Notes: generated by a model not told the origin, from the letters alone. Counted from the first letter of the stretch, positions 1 through 12,464 are shown. The stretch: 55,665 nucleotides of DNA from an uncultured Bacilli bacterium (GCA_934090595.1 CAKOJO010000001.1:1-55665); one strand, 5' to 3'. Program-made: numbers and translations.

Positions 1-82
1 TTTATAATTAAATTATATCAAAAAAAAGACAGAAATTGAATTTCTATCTCATAAAAATCTTAAGTTAATAACATTGCTAGTT

Positions 83-691
83 TTAGTCTTCTTTTGGTTT
101 TATTACAACGTATCTGTTTGGTTCTTCACCTTCACTTTGTGTTATTACATCTTTTGAATTTGTTAATACGTTATGAATTATTCTTCTTTCATATGAATTC
201 ATTGGTTCTAAACTAACTGGTTGTTTAGATTTTGCAACGTCTTTTGCTGTGTATTTAGCAAGTTTTTCTAATCTTGATTTTCTTTGATTTTTGTAATCAT
301 TTACGTCTACAGTAAATTTGTAGAATGTATTATATTTTGTTGAAACCATTTGACTTGCTAGTGTTTGCAAAGCATCAATAGTTTTTCCATTTTTACCAAT
401 TAAAACTGAAGATGTTGATGAGATTATGTTATAAATTAATTGTGTATCTCTTGTTTTTGTTTCAATGTTACAATCAAATCCCATATCTTTTACTATTTTG
501 TATAAAAAGTCCTTTATTTCTTTATTTAGTTCTGATTTTGTTATAGCAAATACTTCAACTTTTTTATTAAATAGTGTTTTTTTTGTTTCTTTTTCTATTA
601 TTATTACTTCATCTTGTTTAGCATTTAAATCTATTAAAGCATTAGATATTGCTTCTTCTTTTGTTTTTCCTATATATGTTTTATTTTCCAT
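83..691 (-). CDS. jag: Jag/KhpB-type RNA-binding protein (Jag_N, KH, R3H)
   Basis: 202-aa ORF with a C-terminal R3H-like segment (EPMNSYERRIIHNVL). It lies directly downstream of yidC (11-nt overlap) in the conserved rpmH-rnpA-yidC-jag cluster. Confidence 0.85.
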   Translation of the reverse strand: MENKTYIGKTKEEAISNALIDLNAKQDEVIIIEKETKKTLFNKKVEVFAITKSELNKEIKDFLYKIVKDMGFDCNIETKTRDTQLIYNIISSTSSVLIGKNGKTIDALQTLASQMVSTKYNTFYKFTVDVNDYKNQRKSRLEKLAKYTAKDVAKSKQPVSLEPMNSYERRIIHNVLTNSKDVITQSEGEEPNRYVVIKPKED

Positions 692-1610
692 TTTTAAGAC
701 TCCTGTTAACTAATTTATTTTGGACTATTGTAAATAATGATGATGTAATCCAGTAAAATGCTATTGCTGTTGGTAGAGTAAATGCCATGAATCCTATGAA
801 TATAGTCATGAAATTCATCATCATGTTCATTTGATTTGCCATTGCGTTATCTTTATCTTGCATTTGTTTATTATTTTTATATGAGAAATATGTTGTTACA
901 ATAATTAGTGCTGGTATTATTATGTAATACCAATTTCCATTTGTTATAGCAGTCCATGGTGTTATTCCCATATTTATTCCTATAAATGTTTCTTCATATA
1001 TTGCAGGAACTCTTTGAATCGCTTCCCAGAATGCTAATAGAATAGGTAATTGTAAGAAAGCAAATATGCATCCTGACATTGGATTTATGTTGTATTTTTT
1101 ATATATTGCTAACATTTCTTGACCTTTTTTATTCATTGATTCAGGATCTGTTTTATTTTCATATTTCTTTTCTAACTTAGTTAATTCTGGTTGAGCTTTT
1201 TTCATCATTTCAGATTGTATAGCAGTTTTTTTAGTTACTGGGTATAATATTCCTCTTAATATAAGAGTTATTATTACTAATGATATTGCTATGCTACCTA
1301 CTATTTTACTTAGGTTTATTATTATGAATGCTAATGGTCTTACGAATAGAGTGTTCCATAGCCCTTCATATTCTCCAGATATTTTTAGATTGTCACAATC
1401 TGGTAATTTTGATATATCTTTTTTGTTGTCTTCATATAGTTTTATTAATTCTTTATCTGTTGGTTTACATACTATGTTTTCTGTTACATTTTGGCCAGTT
1501 TTTTCATATTTTACTGGTTTATTATCACTGTCTGTTAATGTTTTTGTACAACCAGATAGTGTTATTATTAGTAAAAAGACAGTTAATATTTTAGTTATTT
1601 TATTTTTCAT
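681..1610 (-). CDS. yidC: YidC/SpoIIIJ membrane protein insertase (lipoprotein)
   Basis: 309-aa ORF with a lipobox (ITLSGC) after an N-terminal signal. Multi-TM Oxa1/YidC-like core and a basic C-terminus. Synteny with rnpA and jag. Confidence 0.9.
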   Translation of the reverse strand: MKNKITKILTVFLLIITLSGCTKTLTDSDNKPVKYEKTGQNVTENIVCKPTDKELIKLYEDNKKDISKLPDCDNLKISGEYEGLWNTLFVRPLAFIIINLSKIVGSIAISLVIITLILRGILYPVTKKTAIQSEMMKKAQPELTKLEKKYENKTDPESMNKKGQEMLAIYKKYNINPMSGCIFAFLQLPILLAFWEAIQRVPAIYEETFIGINMGITPWTAITNGNWYYIIIPALIIVTTYFSYKNNKQMQDKDNAMANQMNMMMNFMTIFIGFMAFTLPTAIAFYWITSSLFTIVQNKLVNRSLKNGK

Positions 1611-1938
1611 ATTGTTCTCCTTTTTTAAAAATAGAAATTAGTTGCTGTTCCATTTCTTGATAAGTAATGTCAACAGCATCCTTCTTTATGATAATTATAT
1701 ATTTTTTATTATCTCGGTAAATATTTTTATTATTATCTATTATTGCTTTAGTTCTACGTTTTAATTTGTTTCTTGTTACAGCGTTTCCTATATGTTTTAC
1801 AAATGTTATACCAAATTTTGGAATATTAGAATCGTTGTTTTCTATATTTAATATAAAGTATTTGTTTGAAACACCATTTCTTTTTTTTATTATTGAACTA
1901 AATTCATCTGATTTTTTAATGATATTAATTTTTTTCAT
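1600..1938 (-). CDS. rnpA: RNase P protein component
   Basis: 112-aa basic ORF with the RnpA motif GNAVTRNKLKRR. Located between rpmH and yidC. Confidence 0.85.
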   Translation of the reverse strand: MKKINIIKKSDEFSSIIKKRNGVSNKYFILNIENNDSNIPKFGITFVKHIGNAVTRNKLKRRTKAIIDNNKNIYRDNKKYIIIIKKDAVDITYQEMEQQLISIFKKGEQYEK

Positions 1939-1981
1939 ATTTACCCCCTTATAAGGAAAAAACCACTTTTTCTAGTGGATA

Positions 1982-2107
1982 TTATTTTGATAATTTTTTT
2001 CTGCCTTTTCTTCTTCTGCTGTTAATTATTCCTGATTTCATACGTGAGAAAAAACCGTGTTTCTTTTTCATTCTACGCTTATTAGGTTGATATGTTCCTT
2101 TTTTCAC
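1982..2107 (-). CDS. rpmH: 50S ribosomal protein L34
   Basis: Not in the ORF track (41 aa). Manual translation of the minus strand from GTG at 2107 gives VKKGTYQPNKRRMKKKHGFFSRMKSGIINSRRRKGRKKLSK followed by a stop. A GGAGGTG RBS lies just upstream. Canonical position upstream of rnpA. Confidence 0.9.
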   Translation of the reverse strand: MKKGTYQPNKRRMKKKHGFFSRMKSGIINSRRRKGRKKLSK

Positions 2108-2411
2108 TTCTTGCACCTCCAAACTTATTCGCTATTATTATAAGAAAAAAATAGGGTAGTTGTCAATGTTTTTTTTGAAATTAACAGTTTCAACGTTAAT
2201 TAACAGTTAATAATTGTTGCATTGTTAATTTGTTAATAAAAAAATTGTTGAAATTTGTTGAAAATTAATTTATTATATATAAACAAAGGAAATCGTATGT
2301 TAATAAGTCTGTTAATAACTTGTTAATAACTTTTTTACTATTTTATTTTTTAACAATTTGTATTACAATGTAATTAGTTGCAAATACTTTATGATGGGGA
2401 GAGTGGTTTCG
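2108..2411. promoter_or_regulatory. oriC left half: DnaA-box-like cluster upstream of dnaA (also holds the rpmH and dnaA promoters)
   Basis: TGTTAATAA (reverse complement TTATTAACA) occurs at 2231, 2298, 2310 and 2321. The last three are head-to-tail at 11-12 bp spacing. Several degenerate copies are present (ATTAACAG x2, TTGTTGAAA x2). Position is rpmH/dnaA intergenic. Confidence 0.7.
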
Positions 2412-3782
2412 ATGGACAATAATTCTTTATGGAAAAAAGTTTTAGATGAAATTAGTGTTAATTTAGATTCAATGTCTTTTGAAACCTGGTTTAACGGAAT
2501 TGATTTCTTTGATATAAAGGATAATAGTATACGTTTAGTTGTTCCTATTATGTTTTATAAGAATCATATTGATGAACATTATAAGCAATTGATATTAGAT
2601 AGTTTTAACAAGTTATTAACAAATCCTGTTGATAACATAGTTTATATTTTACAGAAAGATTTAAATAGCATTTTAGAAGTTGAAAAAAAAGAAAATGAAC
2701 CAGTTAAAGTTAACGATTTTAATTCTTATAATAGTTTTAATTCCAATTTAAAAAGTAATTATACTTTTGAAAGCTTTGTAGTTGGGGAGTCTAATAAATT
2801 TGCACAAGCTGCTGCTTTAGCGGTTGCAGAAAATCCTGGTACTATGTATAATCCACTTTTTATTTATGGCAATAGTGGACTTGGTAAAACTCATTTAATG
2901 CATGCTATTGGTAATTATATTGTTAACAAACACAAACTTAGAGTTTTATATGTAACTTGTGACAACTTTATGAATGATTTTGTGGGATTATCTAGAAATA
3001 ATCAACAGAATATGAATAATCTAGATTATATTGAGTTTTTTAAAAATAAGTATAGAAATATAGATGTTTTAATTATTGATGATATTCAATTTTTAGGTGG
3101 TGCAGAGAAATCTCAACAAGAGTTCTTTCATACTTTTAATAACTTGTATAATGATAGTAAACAGATAATTGTTTCTTCTGATAGGTCTCCTGAAGATTTA
3201 AAGTTTCTAGAAGATCGTTTAAAAACTAGATTTTGTTGGGGATTACAAGTTGATATTGATCCTCCGGATACTTCTCTTAAAGTAGCAATTATAAAGAAGA
3301 AGATTCGTGGAGAAAATATTATACTTAATGATGATGTTGTTAATTATATTGCTTCCAATGTTGGAAATGATGTCAGACAGCTTGAGGGTTCGATAAATAG
3401 ATTGGTTGCTTATTCCGCTATTATGAATGAAAGTAATATTACAGTTGATTTTGCTATGGAAGCCTTAAAAGATTTTACAAAGAAACAAGTTACTGATAGC
3501 AATAATATTAGGAGAATTCAAAAAGAAGTGGCTAATTTTTATAAGATTTCTTATGAAGATATGAAGTCTAAAAAAAGAACTCCTAGTCTTGCTATTCCAA
3601 GGCAAGTTGCTATGTATTTATGTAGAAAACTAACAGATGAGTCGTATGAAAGAATTGGAATTGAGTTTTCTGGTAAGAATCATGCTACTGTAATACATGC
3701 ATGTAATAAGATAGCGGGAGAAATGAAAACTAATAGTAGTTTAAAGAGCGCTATTGATGATATTGAGAAGCAATTAACATAG
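2412..3782 (+). CDS. dnaA: Chromosomal replication initiator DnaA
   Basis: ORF 2358..3782. Preferred start is ATG 2412 (MDNNSLWKKVLDEI) preceded by a GGGGAGAG RBS. Walker A GNSGLGKTHL, AAA+ core, and a C-terminal DNA-binding helix region (IPRQVAMYLCRKLT). Confidence 0.95.
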   Translation: MDNNSLWKKVLDEISVNLDSMSFETWFNGIDFFDIKDNSIRLVVPIMFYKNHIDEHYKQLILDSFNKLLTNPVDNIVYILQKDLNSILEVEKKENEPVKVNDFNSYNSFNSNLKSNYTFESFVVGESNKFAQAAALAVAENPGTMYNPLFIYGNSGLGKTHLMHAIGNYIVNKHKLRVLYVTCDNFMNDFVGLSRNNQQNMNNLDYIEFFKNKYRNIDVLIIDDIQFLGGAEKSQQEFFHTFNNLYNDSKQIIVSSDRSPEDLKFLEDRLKTRFCWGLQVDIDPPDTSLKVAIIKKKIRGENIILNDDVVNYIASNVGNDVRQLEGSINRLVAYSAIMNESNITVDFAMEALKDFTKKQVTDSNNIRRIQKEVANFYKISYEDMKSKKRTPSLAIPRQVAMYLCRKLTDESYERIGIEFSGKNHATVIHACNKIAGEMKTNSSLKSAIDDIEKQLT

Positions 3783-3933
3783 TGATGTTAGTAGATGTTA
3801 ATAAGTTAATGATTTATTAACATAATGAAATTAGTTTAAACTGTTTATAGATAAGGAAATTGATGACTTATTAACAATATTAACAGTAATAATATAAATA
3901 ATAAATATATTAAAAAGAAAGAAGGAATGAAAT
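3783..3933. promoter_or_regulatory. oriC right half: DnaA-box-like sites plus an AT-rich candidate unwinding element
   Basis: TGTTAATAA at 3796. TTATTAACA at 3814 and 3868, with ATATTAACA at 3877. These are followed by pure A/T sequence with TAA/TAT triplets (3886-3920) before the dnaN RBS. Confidence 0.6.
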
Positions 3934-5052
3934 ATGAAATTTAGAATTAAAAAAAATGTTTTACTTGAAGCACTTAACAATGTTTCAAAGGCTTTATCAA
4001 ATAAGAATATTATACCAATACTTTCAGGAATAAAATTTGAACTTTTTGATGATAAACTAGTTCTTACTGCATCAGATAATGATATAACTATTCAATCTAT
4101 TATTGAAAAAAGTGATGATATTGAGATTGTTAATACTGGTAGTATCGTTATAAAAGGTAAATATATATTAGATATAATAAGAAAATTAGAAGATAAGTTT
4201 ATAAATGTTGAACTTTTTGATGATTATAAGGTAATGATTTATACTGAAAATAGTGAATTTAGTTTAAATGGTATTGATATTAAGGAATATCCTCAAATAG
4301 ATTTAACACTTTCTTCAGATGTTATCAGTTTATCTGTTAATGAACTTAAAAATATGATTGCTCAAACTAATTATGCTACTAGCATGGATGAGGCTAGAGT
4401 AGTGTTAACTGGTGTTAATATAAAAGTTGATGATAAGTTATTAGAATGTAGTGCAACTGATTCTTATAGATTAGCACTTAAAAAAATTAATTTATCTGAT
4501 AGTTTTGAAAAATTAGTAGATATTATTATACCAAGTAAAAATTTAGGTGAATTATTTAAGATTTTACCTAGTGATTTTGATGGTAACGTTAACATGTACA
4601 TATATAATAGTAAGATTATATTTGGTTTTGAAAACATTATATTTCAATCTAGATTAATTAGTGGTAATTATCCTAATACAAAGAATTTGATTCCAAATGA
4701 TAGCTTATTTGATTTAAGAGTCAACAGAAGTGAGTTTTTTAATATGGTTGATCGTGCTAGTATACTTAATAATGATAAAGATAATAATATTATTACTTTA
4801 GAAATTAACGATAATTTGTTAAAAATTACTTCAATGTCTTTAGAAATAGGAAAAGTTGAAGAAAAAATGAATGTTAATTGTTCTGAAAACATAAGAATTT
4901 CATTTAGTAGTAAATATATGATGGAAGCTTTATCTAAAATTAAGGGTGATGAAGTTGTACTTACTTTTGTTGGTGAAGTAAAACCAATTTTATTAAAGGA
5001 AGCAAATGATGATAGTCTAATTTCTTTGATTTTACCTATTAGAACTTATTAA
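3934..5052 (+). CDS. dnaN: DNA polymerase III beta sliding clamp
   Basis: 372-aa ORF with typical length and N-terminus (MKF.I....L). Position immediately after dnaA. Confidence 0.95.
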   Translation: MKFRIKKNVLLEALNNVSKALSNKNIIPILSGIKFELFDDKLVLTASDNDITIQSIIEKSDDIEIVNTGSIVIKGKYILDIIRKLEDKFINVELFDDYKVMIYTENSEFSLNGIDIKEYPQIDLTLSSDVISLSVNELKNMIAQTNYATSMDEARVVLTGVNIKVDDKLLECSATDSYRLALKKINLSDSFEKLVDIIIPSKNLGELFKILPSDFDGNVNMYIYNSKIIFGFENIIFQSRLISGNYPNTKNLIPNDSLFDLRVNRSEFFNMVDRASILNNDKDNNIITLEINDNLLKITSMSLEIGKVEEKMNVNCSENIRISFSSKYMMEALSKIKGDEVVLTFVGEVKPILLKEANDDSLISLILPIRTY

Positions 5053-5054
5053 AT

Positions 5055-5089
5055 TAAAAAAAATTGACCAAAAATTTGGTCTTTTTTTT
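5055..5089 (+). terminator. Intrinsic terminator after dnaN
   Basis: GACCAAA-AA-TTTGGTC hairpin flanked by an A-run and a T-run (5066-5089). Confidence 0.7.
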
Positions 5090-5102
5090 AATTTTTATAG
5101 TT

Positions 5103-5129
5103 TTCGACATTTTTCGATAAATTTCGACA
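5103..5129. promoter_or_regulatory. Three phased Spo0A-box-like repeats upstream of the ComK-family gene
   Basis: TTCGACA (5103-5109), TTCGATA (5113-5119) and TTCGACA (5123-5129) sit at exactly 10-bp spacing. TTCGACA is the reverse complement of the 0A box TGTCGAA. Confidence 0.5.
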
Positions 5130-5196
5130 TCTCTGTATGATAGGGTATTGATCAATATATTTTTATATATTAATTTTTGTGTGTGGGGGTGATATT

Positions 5197-5652
5197 ATGG
5201 ATTATGATATTAATAGAGATACAGTAATGATTATTCCAATAAATGATAAGAAATCTAGAGTTATTGAAACTAATAGTGATTATATAGTTGATGATAATGC
5301 TTATTCTATTATGGAACGTAGTTGTTTGTATTTTGGAAGTTCATATGAAGGAAGACTTATGAGTTCAAAAAGTATTTTGGGTAGTGTTTATAAGGCTCCA
5401 ATAGTAATTGAAGAAAGTAGAAGTATTATATTTTTTCCTGTAAAATCTTCTGTTGTGAAACAAAATATTTGGATTTCTTTGAATAATTTAGTTAGTTATA
5501 ATAAACATGATAAAAAAACTATTATAACTTTTAAAAGGGACAAACAAATTTTATTGGATATTCCTTATTTTTCTATTGATAGTCAGGTTCTTAGATCTAC
5601 TTTATTGGAATCTGTTATTCGTAGAAGAAAAAATGAAGAAAAAAACGATTAA
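5197..5652 (+). CDS. comK: ComK-family transcription factor
   Basis: ORF 5179..5652. Preferred start is ATG 5197 after a GGGGGTGA RBS. The core ERSCLYFGSSYEGR...KAPIVIEES..IIFFPVKS...WIS aligns by eye with B. subtilis ComK (DRSCRFFGSSYAGR...KPPIMVDPS..IFLFPTLS...WIS). Confidence 0.8.
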   Translation: MDYDINRDTVMIIPINDKKSRVIETNSDYIVDDNAYSIMERSCLYFGSSYEGRLMSSKSILGSVYKAPIVIEESRSIIFFPVKSSVVKQNIWISLNNLVSYNKHDKKTIITFKRDKQILLDIPYFSIDSQVLRSTLLESVIRRRKNEEKND

Positions 5653-5677
5653 AAGTATTAAAATCGTTTTTTTTTAG
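5641..5677 (+). terminator. Intrinsic terminator after the ComK-family gene
   Basis: AAAAACGATT ... AATCGTTTTT stem followed by a T-run; it overlaps the stop codon. Confidence 0.7.
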
Positions 5678-5767
5678 GGCGTTTTATGGTATAATATATG
5701 TGCAAGTATGAGTATACTGGTTTGGGAGTTGGTGCAAATTTGAGATATTTTTATTTTATTTTGAAAT

Positions 5768-8790
<3,023 letters not shown>

Positions 8791-8801
8791 GAGGTACTTT
8801 T

Positions 8802-11378
8802 ATGGATAATAAAGATAATATGGAAAATGTTGAAAAATCTACTTTAAATAGTTCTGAGACCTTTGATGAAGAACTTGAAAAAGTAGAGGTTGATGTTGAT
8901 AAGTTTAATGGATATTTTCATGAAAGAGATAGTTTGGCTGAAAATAATATAGTTGATGAAGTTAAAACTTCTTTCTTGGAATATTCAATGAGTGTAATTA
9001 CGTCTCGTGCTTTACCTGATTTAAGAGATGGTCTTAAACCTGTTCATAGACGTATTTTATGGAGTATGTTTAATTCTGGTTATACTCCAGATAAACCGCA
9101 TAGAAAGAGTGCAAAAACTGTTGGTGAAGTAATGGGTAATTATCATCCACATGGTGATAGTTCTATTTATGAAGCTATGGTAAGAATGGCTCAAGATTTC
9201 AATCAACGTTATTTATTAATTGATGGTCATGGTAATTTTGGTAATATTGAAGGCGATGGGGCTGCTGCAATGCGTTATACTGAATCTCGTTTATCTAAAT
9301 TATCGCTTGAACTTCTTAGTGATATTAGAAAAAATACTGTTGATATGACTAAAAACTTTGATGAAACTCTTGACGAGCCTGTTGTTTTACCTAGTAGATT
9401 TCCTAATATTTTAGTTAATGGAACTATGGGTATTGCTGTTGGTATGGCGACTAATATACCACCACATAATTTAGGCGAAGTAATTGATGGATGTGTTGCT
9501 TATATCGATAACCCTGATATTGACACTTTAGGATTGATGCAATATATAAAGGGTCCAGATTTTCCAACTGGAGGAATTATTCTTGGTAATTCAGGTATTA
9601 TGAGAGCTTATCAAACTGGTAAGGGTACAATTACTATTAGAAGTAAGGCTGAAATAGTTGAAAATGGTAATCATTCTAGTATAGTCGTTACTGAAGTTCC
9701 ATATGGTGTTAATACTATGGATTTAAAGAATAGAGTAGCTGAACTTGTTAGGGATAAGGTTATTGATGGTATTTCTGATTATCATACTGATTTGAAGAAT
9801 GGTGTTAAGATTACTATTACTTTAAAGAGAGATGCTAATCCTCAAGTTGTGCTTAATAATTTATATAAACATACTAATTTTCAAATTAGTTATGGTATAA
9901 CTTTATTGATGATTGATGGAAAAACTCCTAGAACGTTAGGATTAAAGGATATTATATCTAAATATATTGATCATCAAATGGAAGTTATTGTAAGAAGAAC
10001 TAGATTTGATTTGGAAAAAGATGAAAAACGTGTTCATATATTAGAAGGATATAAAATTGCACAAGATAATATTGATGAAGTTATTAAGATCATTAAAGCT
10101 GCTAAGAGTGATGTTGAGGCAAAAGAAAAATTAATGGCTAGATTTGGTCTTACTGATGTACAAACTGATGCTATTTTAGAATTAAAATTACGTCGTTTAA
10201 CTGGATTGGAACGTGAAAAGATTGAAGCTGAGTTGCAAGCGTTATTACTTGAAATCGAAGAATTAAAATCTATTTTGGCTAGTAATGAAAAGGTTCTTGC
10301 AATTATTAAGAAGGAAATGTTAGAAATTAAGGCTAGATTTGCAGATGAAAGAAGAACTTCAATTGATATGACTGCTATTGATTATATTGAGGATGAATCT
10401 TTAATACCTGTTGAAAACATTATGATTTCTCTTACAGAAAAAGGTTATATCAAAAGATTGTTAACAAGTACATATAGATCACAAAATCGTGGTGGTGTTG
10501 GTATTAAGGGTATGTCTACTAATGAAGAGGATTTTGTTAATAAGTTAGTTACTTGTTCTACTCATGATCATATATTATTCTTTACTAATTTCGGTAAGGT
10601 ATATAGAATAAAGGGTTATGAAATACCTGAATCTAGTAGACAATCTAAGGGATTACCTATTGTTAATTTATTGCCTTTGGAAAAGGGTGAAGTTGTTAAT
10701 TCAATTATTCCAATTAATCCTAATGATGTTGATGATAGTAAAAGCTTGATATTCTTTACTATGGGTGGTCTTGTTAAGAGAACTCCTATAAGTGAATTTG
10801 AATCTATTAGAAAGAATGGTAAAATTGCTATTACTCTTAAGGAAGATGATGAATTAATTAGTGTTAAAATGACATCTGGTAGTGATGAAGTTATTATGGC
10901 TTCTAATAGTGGAAGAATGGTACGTTTTGTGGAAACTGAGGTCCGTATGATGGGTCGTAGTGCTTCTGGTGTTAAGGGTATTGATTTAACTGATTCTAAG
11001 GTGATTGGAGCTGAAATTGTAAACCCTAATGAGTATATTTTGGTTGTAACTGAAAAAGGTTATGGTAAGAAAACTGATGTTAGTGAATATAGACTTACTC
11101 ATCGTGGTAGTAAGGGTGTTAAGGCATTAAATATTACTGATAAAAATGGTTTAATTATTGCGTTTAAATCTGTTGTTGGGGATGAGGATTTGATTATTAC
11201 AACTAATAATGGTATTGTTATTAGACTTGATGTTTCTAAGATCTCTACTTTAAAAAGAAATACTCAAGGTGTTAGATTAATGAGTCTTAAAGATGGTCAA
11301 GTTGTTACATCAGTTACTGTAACAGAAAAAATTGAAGAAGATTTGGGAAAGGATGAATCTAATGAAAATGATGCTTAG
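8802..11378 (+). CDS. gyrA: DNA gyrase subunit A
   Basis: 858-aa ORF with an active-site region (AAMRYTE) and a QRDR-like [17 protein letters not shown] segment. C-terminal beta-pinwheel repeats. Confidence 0.97.
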   Translation: MDNKDNMENVEKSTLNSSETFDEELEKVEVDVDKFNGYFHERDSLAENNIVDEVKTSFLEYSMSVITSRALPDLRDGLKPVHRRILWSMFNSGYTPDKPHRKSAKTVGEVMGNYHPHGDSSIYEAMVRMAQDFNQRYLLIDGHGNFGNIEGDGAAAMRYTESRLSKLSLELLSDIRKNTVDMTKNFDETLDEPVVLPSRFPNILVNGTMGIAVGMATNIPPHNLGEVIDGCVAYIDNPDIDTLGLMQYIKGPDFPTGGIILGNSGIMRAYQTGKGTITIRSKAEIVENGNHSSIVVTEVPYGVNTMDLKNRVAELVRDKVIDGISDYHTDLKNGVKITITLKRDANPQVVLNNLYKHTNFQISYGITLLMIDGKTPRTLGLKDIISKYIDHQMEVIVRRTRFDLEKDEKRVHILEGYKIAQDNIDEVIKIIKAAKSDVEAKEKLMARFGLTDVQTDAILELKLRRLTGLEREKIEAELQALLLEIEELKSILASNEKVLAIIKKEMLEIKARFADERRTSIDMTAIDYIEDESLIPVENIMISLTEKGYIKRLLTSTYRSQNRGGVGIKGMSTNEEDFVNKLVTCSTHDHILFFTNFGKVYRIKGYEIPESSRQSKGLPIVNLLPLEKGEVVNSIIPINPNDVDDSKSLIFFTMGGLVKRTPISEFESIRKNGKIAITLKEDDELISVKMTSGSDEVIMASNSGRMVRFVETEVRMMGRSASGVKGIDLTDSKVIGAEIVNPNEYILVVTEKGYGKKTDVSEYRLTHRGSKGVKALNITDKNGLIIAFKSVVGDEDLIITTNNGIVIRLDVSKISTLKRNTQGVRLMSLKDGQVVTSVTVTEKIEEDLGKDESNENDA

Positions 11379-11391
11379 GCATCTTTTTTTT
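11370..11391 (+). terminator. Intrinsic terminator after gyrA
   Basis: GATGC-TTAG-GCATC hairpin overlapping the TAG stop, followed by T8. Confidence 0.65.
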
Positions 11392-11469
11392 ACACAAAAA
11401 ATAAACAAATGTTTGTTAATGTGTTATTTCTATAATTTTTACAAATTGTTAATAAGTGTTAATTTTTAA

Positions 11470-11485
11470 TGTTTCACGTGAAACT
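11470..11485. promoter_or_regulatory. parS-like site 1 (15/16 match)
   Basis: TGTTTCACGTGAAACT is one terminal mismatch from the symmetric parS 16-mer. TGTTAATAA lies 23 bp upstream. Confidence 0.75.
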
Positions 11486-11646
11486 ATGTATAGGTTTTGT
11501 ATTACAATAATAAAATTTTGTTAGTATCAATTATTTACAATGAATGTTAATTAATTTAAAATTTTAATTTTTTTGTATTTTTAATTTTAGTATTTAAAAT
11601 GTTATTATTTTAAAACATTAAAATTGTTAATAACTTATTTTTTTAA

Positions 11647-11662
11647 TGTTTCACGTGAAACA
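11647..11662. promoter_or_regulatory. parS site 2 (perfect)
   Basis: TGTTTCACGTGAAACA, inside the 24-bp palindrome 11643-11666. It abuts a TTGACT -35-like hexamer upstream of the SRP RNA. Confidence 0.85.
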
Positions 11663-11700
11663 TTAATTGACTATTTTTCTGTTTTATTATAATATATATT

Positions 11701-11772
11701 TGTGCAACGCATATGGTTGAATTAGGTCAGGATCGGAAGATAGCAGCCTTAAGATCCTCTATGCGTGTGCAC
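11701..11772 (+). ncRNA. ffs: Small (4.5S-type) signal recognition particle RNA
   Basis: Contains GGTCAGGATCGGAAGATAGCAGCC, the conserved SRP domain IV motif with a GGAA tetraloop. The 5' GTGCAACGCATA pairs with the 3' TATGCGTGTGCAC. T8 follows, and a TTGACT / TATAAT-like promoter lies upstream. It overlaps the spurious N-terminus of ORF 11713..12231. Confidence 0.85.
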
Positions 11773-11790
11773 TTTTTTTTGGAGGTTTTT

Positions 11791-12231
11791 ATGTTGTTAA
11801 ATGATGATAAATATTACTTTGATTTAGCTATAAAGGAAGCAAGAAAAGCATCAAAAACAAATAATGTTCCAGTTGGTTGCATTATTGTTTTTAAAAATAA
11901 AGTAATTGCTAAAGCATATAATAAAAAGAATAATAAAAATATCTCAATATATCATGCTGAAATTTTAGCTATTATTAAAGCTTGTAAGTATTTAAAAACA
12001 TTTATTTTAGAAGAATGTACTATGTATGTTACTTTGGAACCTTGTGAAATGTGTATGAATGCTATTGCTGAATCTCGTATTAGAAATATTAAATATTTGA
12101 TTTCTTCCAAGTATGAAAATAATTTAAAGAGTAACTACGATCGTATTAATTGCAGAAAATATGACGATAACGAATTTGCAAATAAATATAAAAATATATT
12201 GTCAGAATTTTTTAGTAATATAAGAAGTTAA
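11791..12231 (+). CDS. tadA: tRNA-specific adenosine deaminase
   Basis: Start ATG 11791 after GGAGG (MLLNDDKYYFDLAIKEA). Zinc deaminase motifs HAEILAI and TLEPCEMC. Adjacent to ffs and dnaX, as in Bacillus. Confidence 0.9.
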   Translation: MLLNDDKYYFDLAIKEARKASKTNNVPVGCIIVFKNKVIAKAYNKKNNKNISIYHAEILAIIKACKYLKTFILEECTMYVTLEPCEMCMNAIAESRIRNIKYLISSKYENNLKSNYDRINCRKYDDNEFANKYKNILSEFFSNIRS

Positions 12232-12234
12232 CAA

Positions 12235-12250
12235 TGTTTCACGTGAAACA
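12235..12250. promoter_or_regulatory. parS site 3 (perfect)
   Basis: TGTTTCACGTGAAACA at the centre of the perfect 32-bp palindrome 12227-12258. The palindrome overlaps the tadA stop codon and is followed by a T-rich run. Confidence 0.85.
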
Positions 12251-12298
12251 TTGTTAACTGTTTTTATTTAATTAAATTTAAGCAGTAGTATCTTTCTA

Positions 12299-12314
12299 TG
12301 TTTCACGTGAAACA
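12299..12314. promoter_or_regulatory. parS site 4 (perfect)
   Basis: TGTTTCACGTGAAACA at the centre of the perfect 36-bp palindrome 12289-12324. Confidence 0.85.
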
Positions 12315-12448
12315 TAGAAAGATATTAACATTTTTTTTGTTAATATTATGCTATTTATGCTTATATTGCAAAATATATTTGTATAATAATGTAATTATAA
12401 ATATAGTTAATAATTTTATTTTTATTACTTAATTTGTTATTGAGTTAA

Positions 12449-12464
12449 TGTTTCACGTGAAACA
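12449..12464. promoter_or_regulatory. parS site 5 (perfect)
   Basis: TGTTTCACGTGAAACA at the centre of the 40-bp palindrome 12437-12476. One T/G mispair would be a wobble pair in RNA. Confidence 0.85.

Noticed and set aside
11379-11700. An rRNA operon or tRNA genes after gyrA, as in B. subtilis
   Set aside because: The spacer is almost pure A/T apart from the parS palindromes. No 16S, 23S or 5S-like sequence or tRNA T-loop (GTTCGAATC-type) was seen here or anywhere else in the window.
11713-11790. N-terminal 26 codons of ORF 11713..12231 (MVELGQDRKIAALRSSMRVHFFLEVF)
   Set aside because: This stretch is the SRP RNA and its T-run terminator read as protein. tadA has its own GGAGG RBS and ATG at 11791, and its homology begins there.
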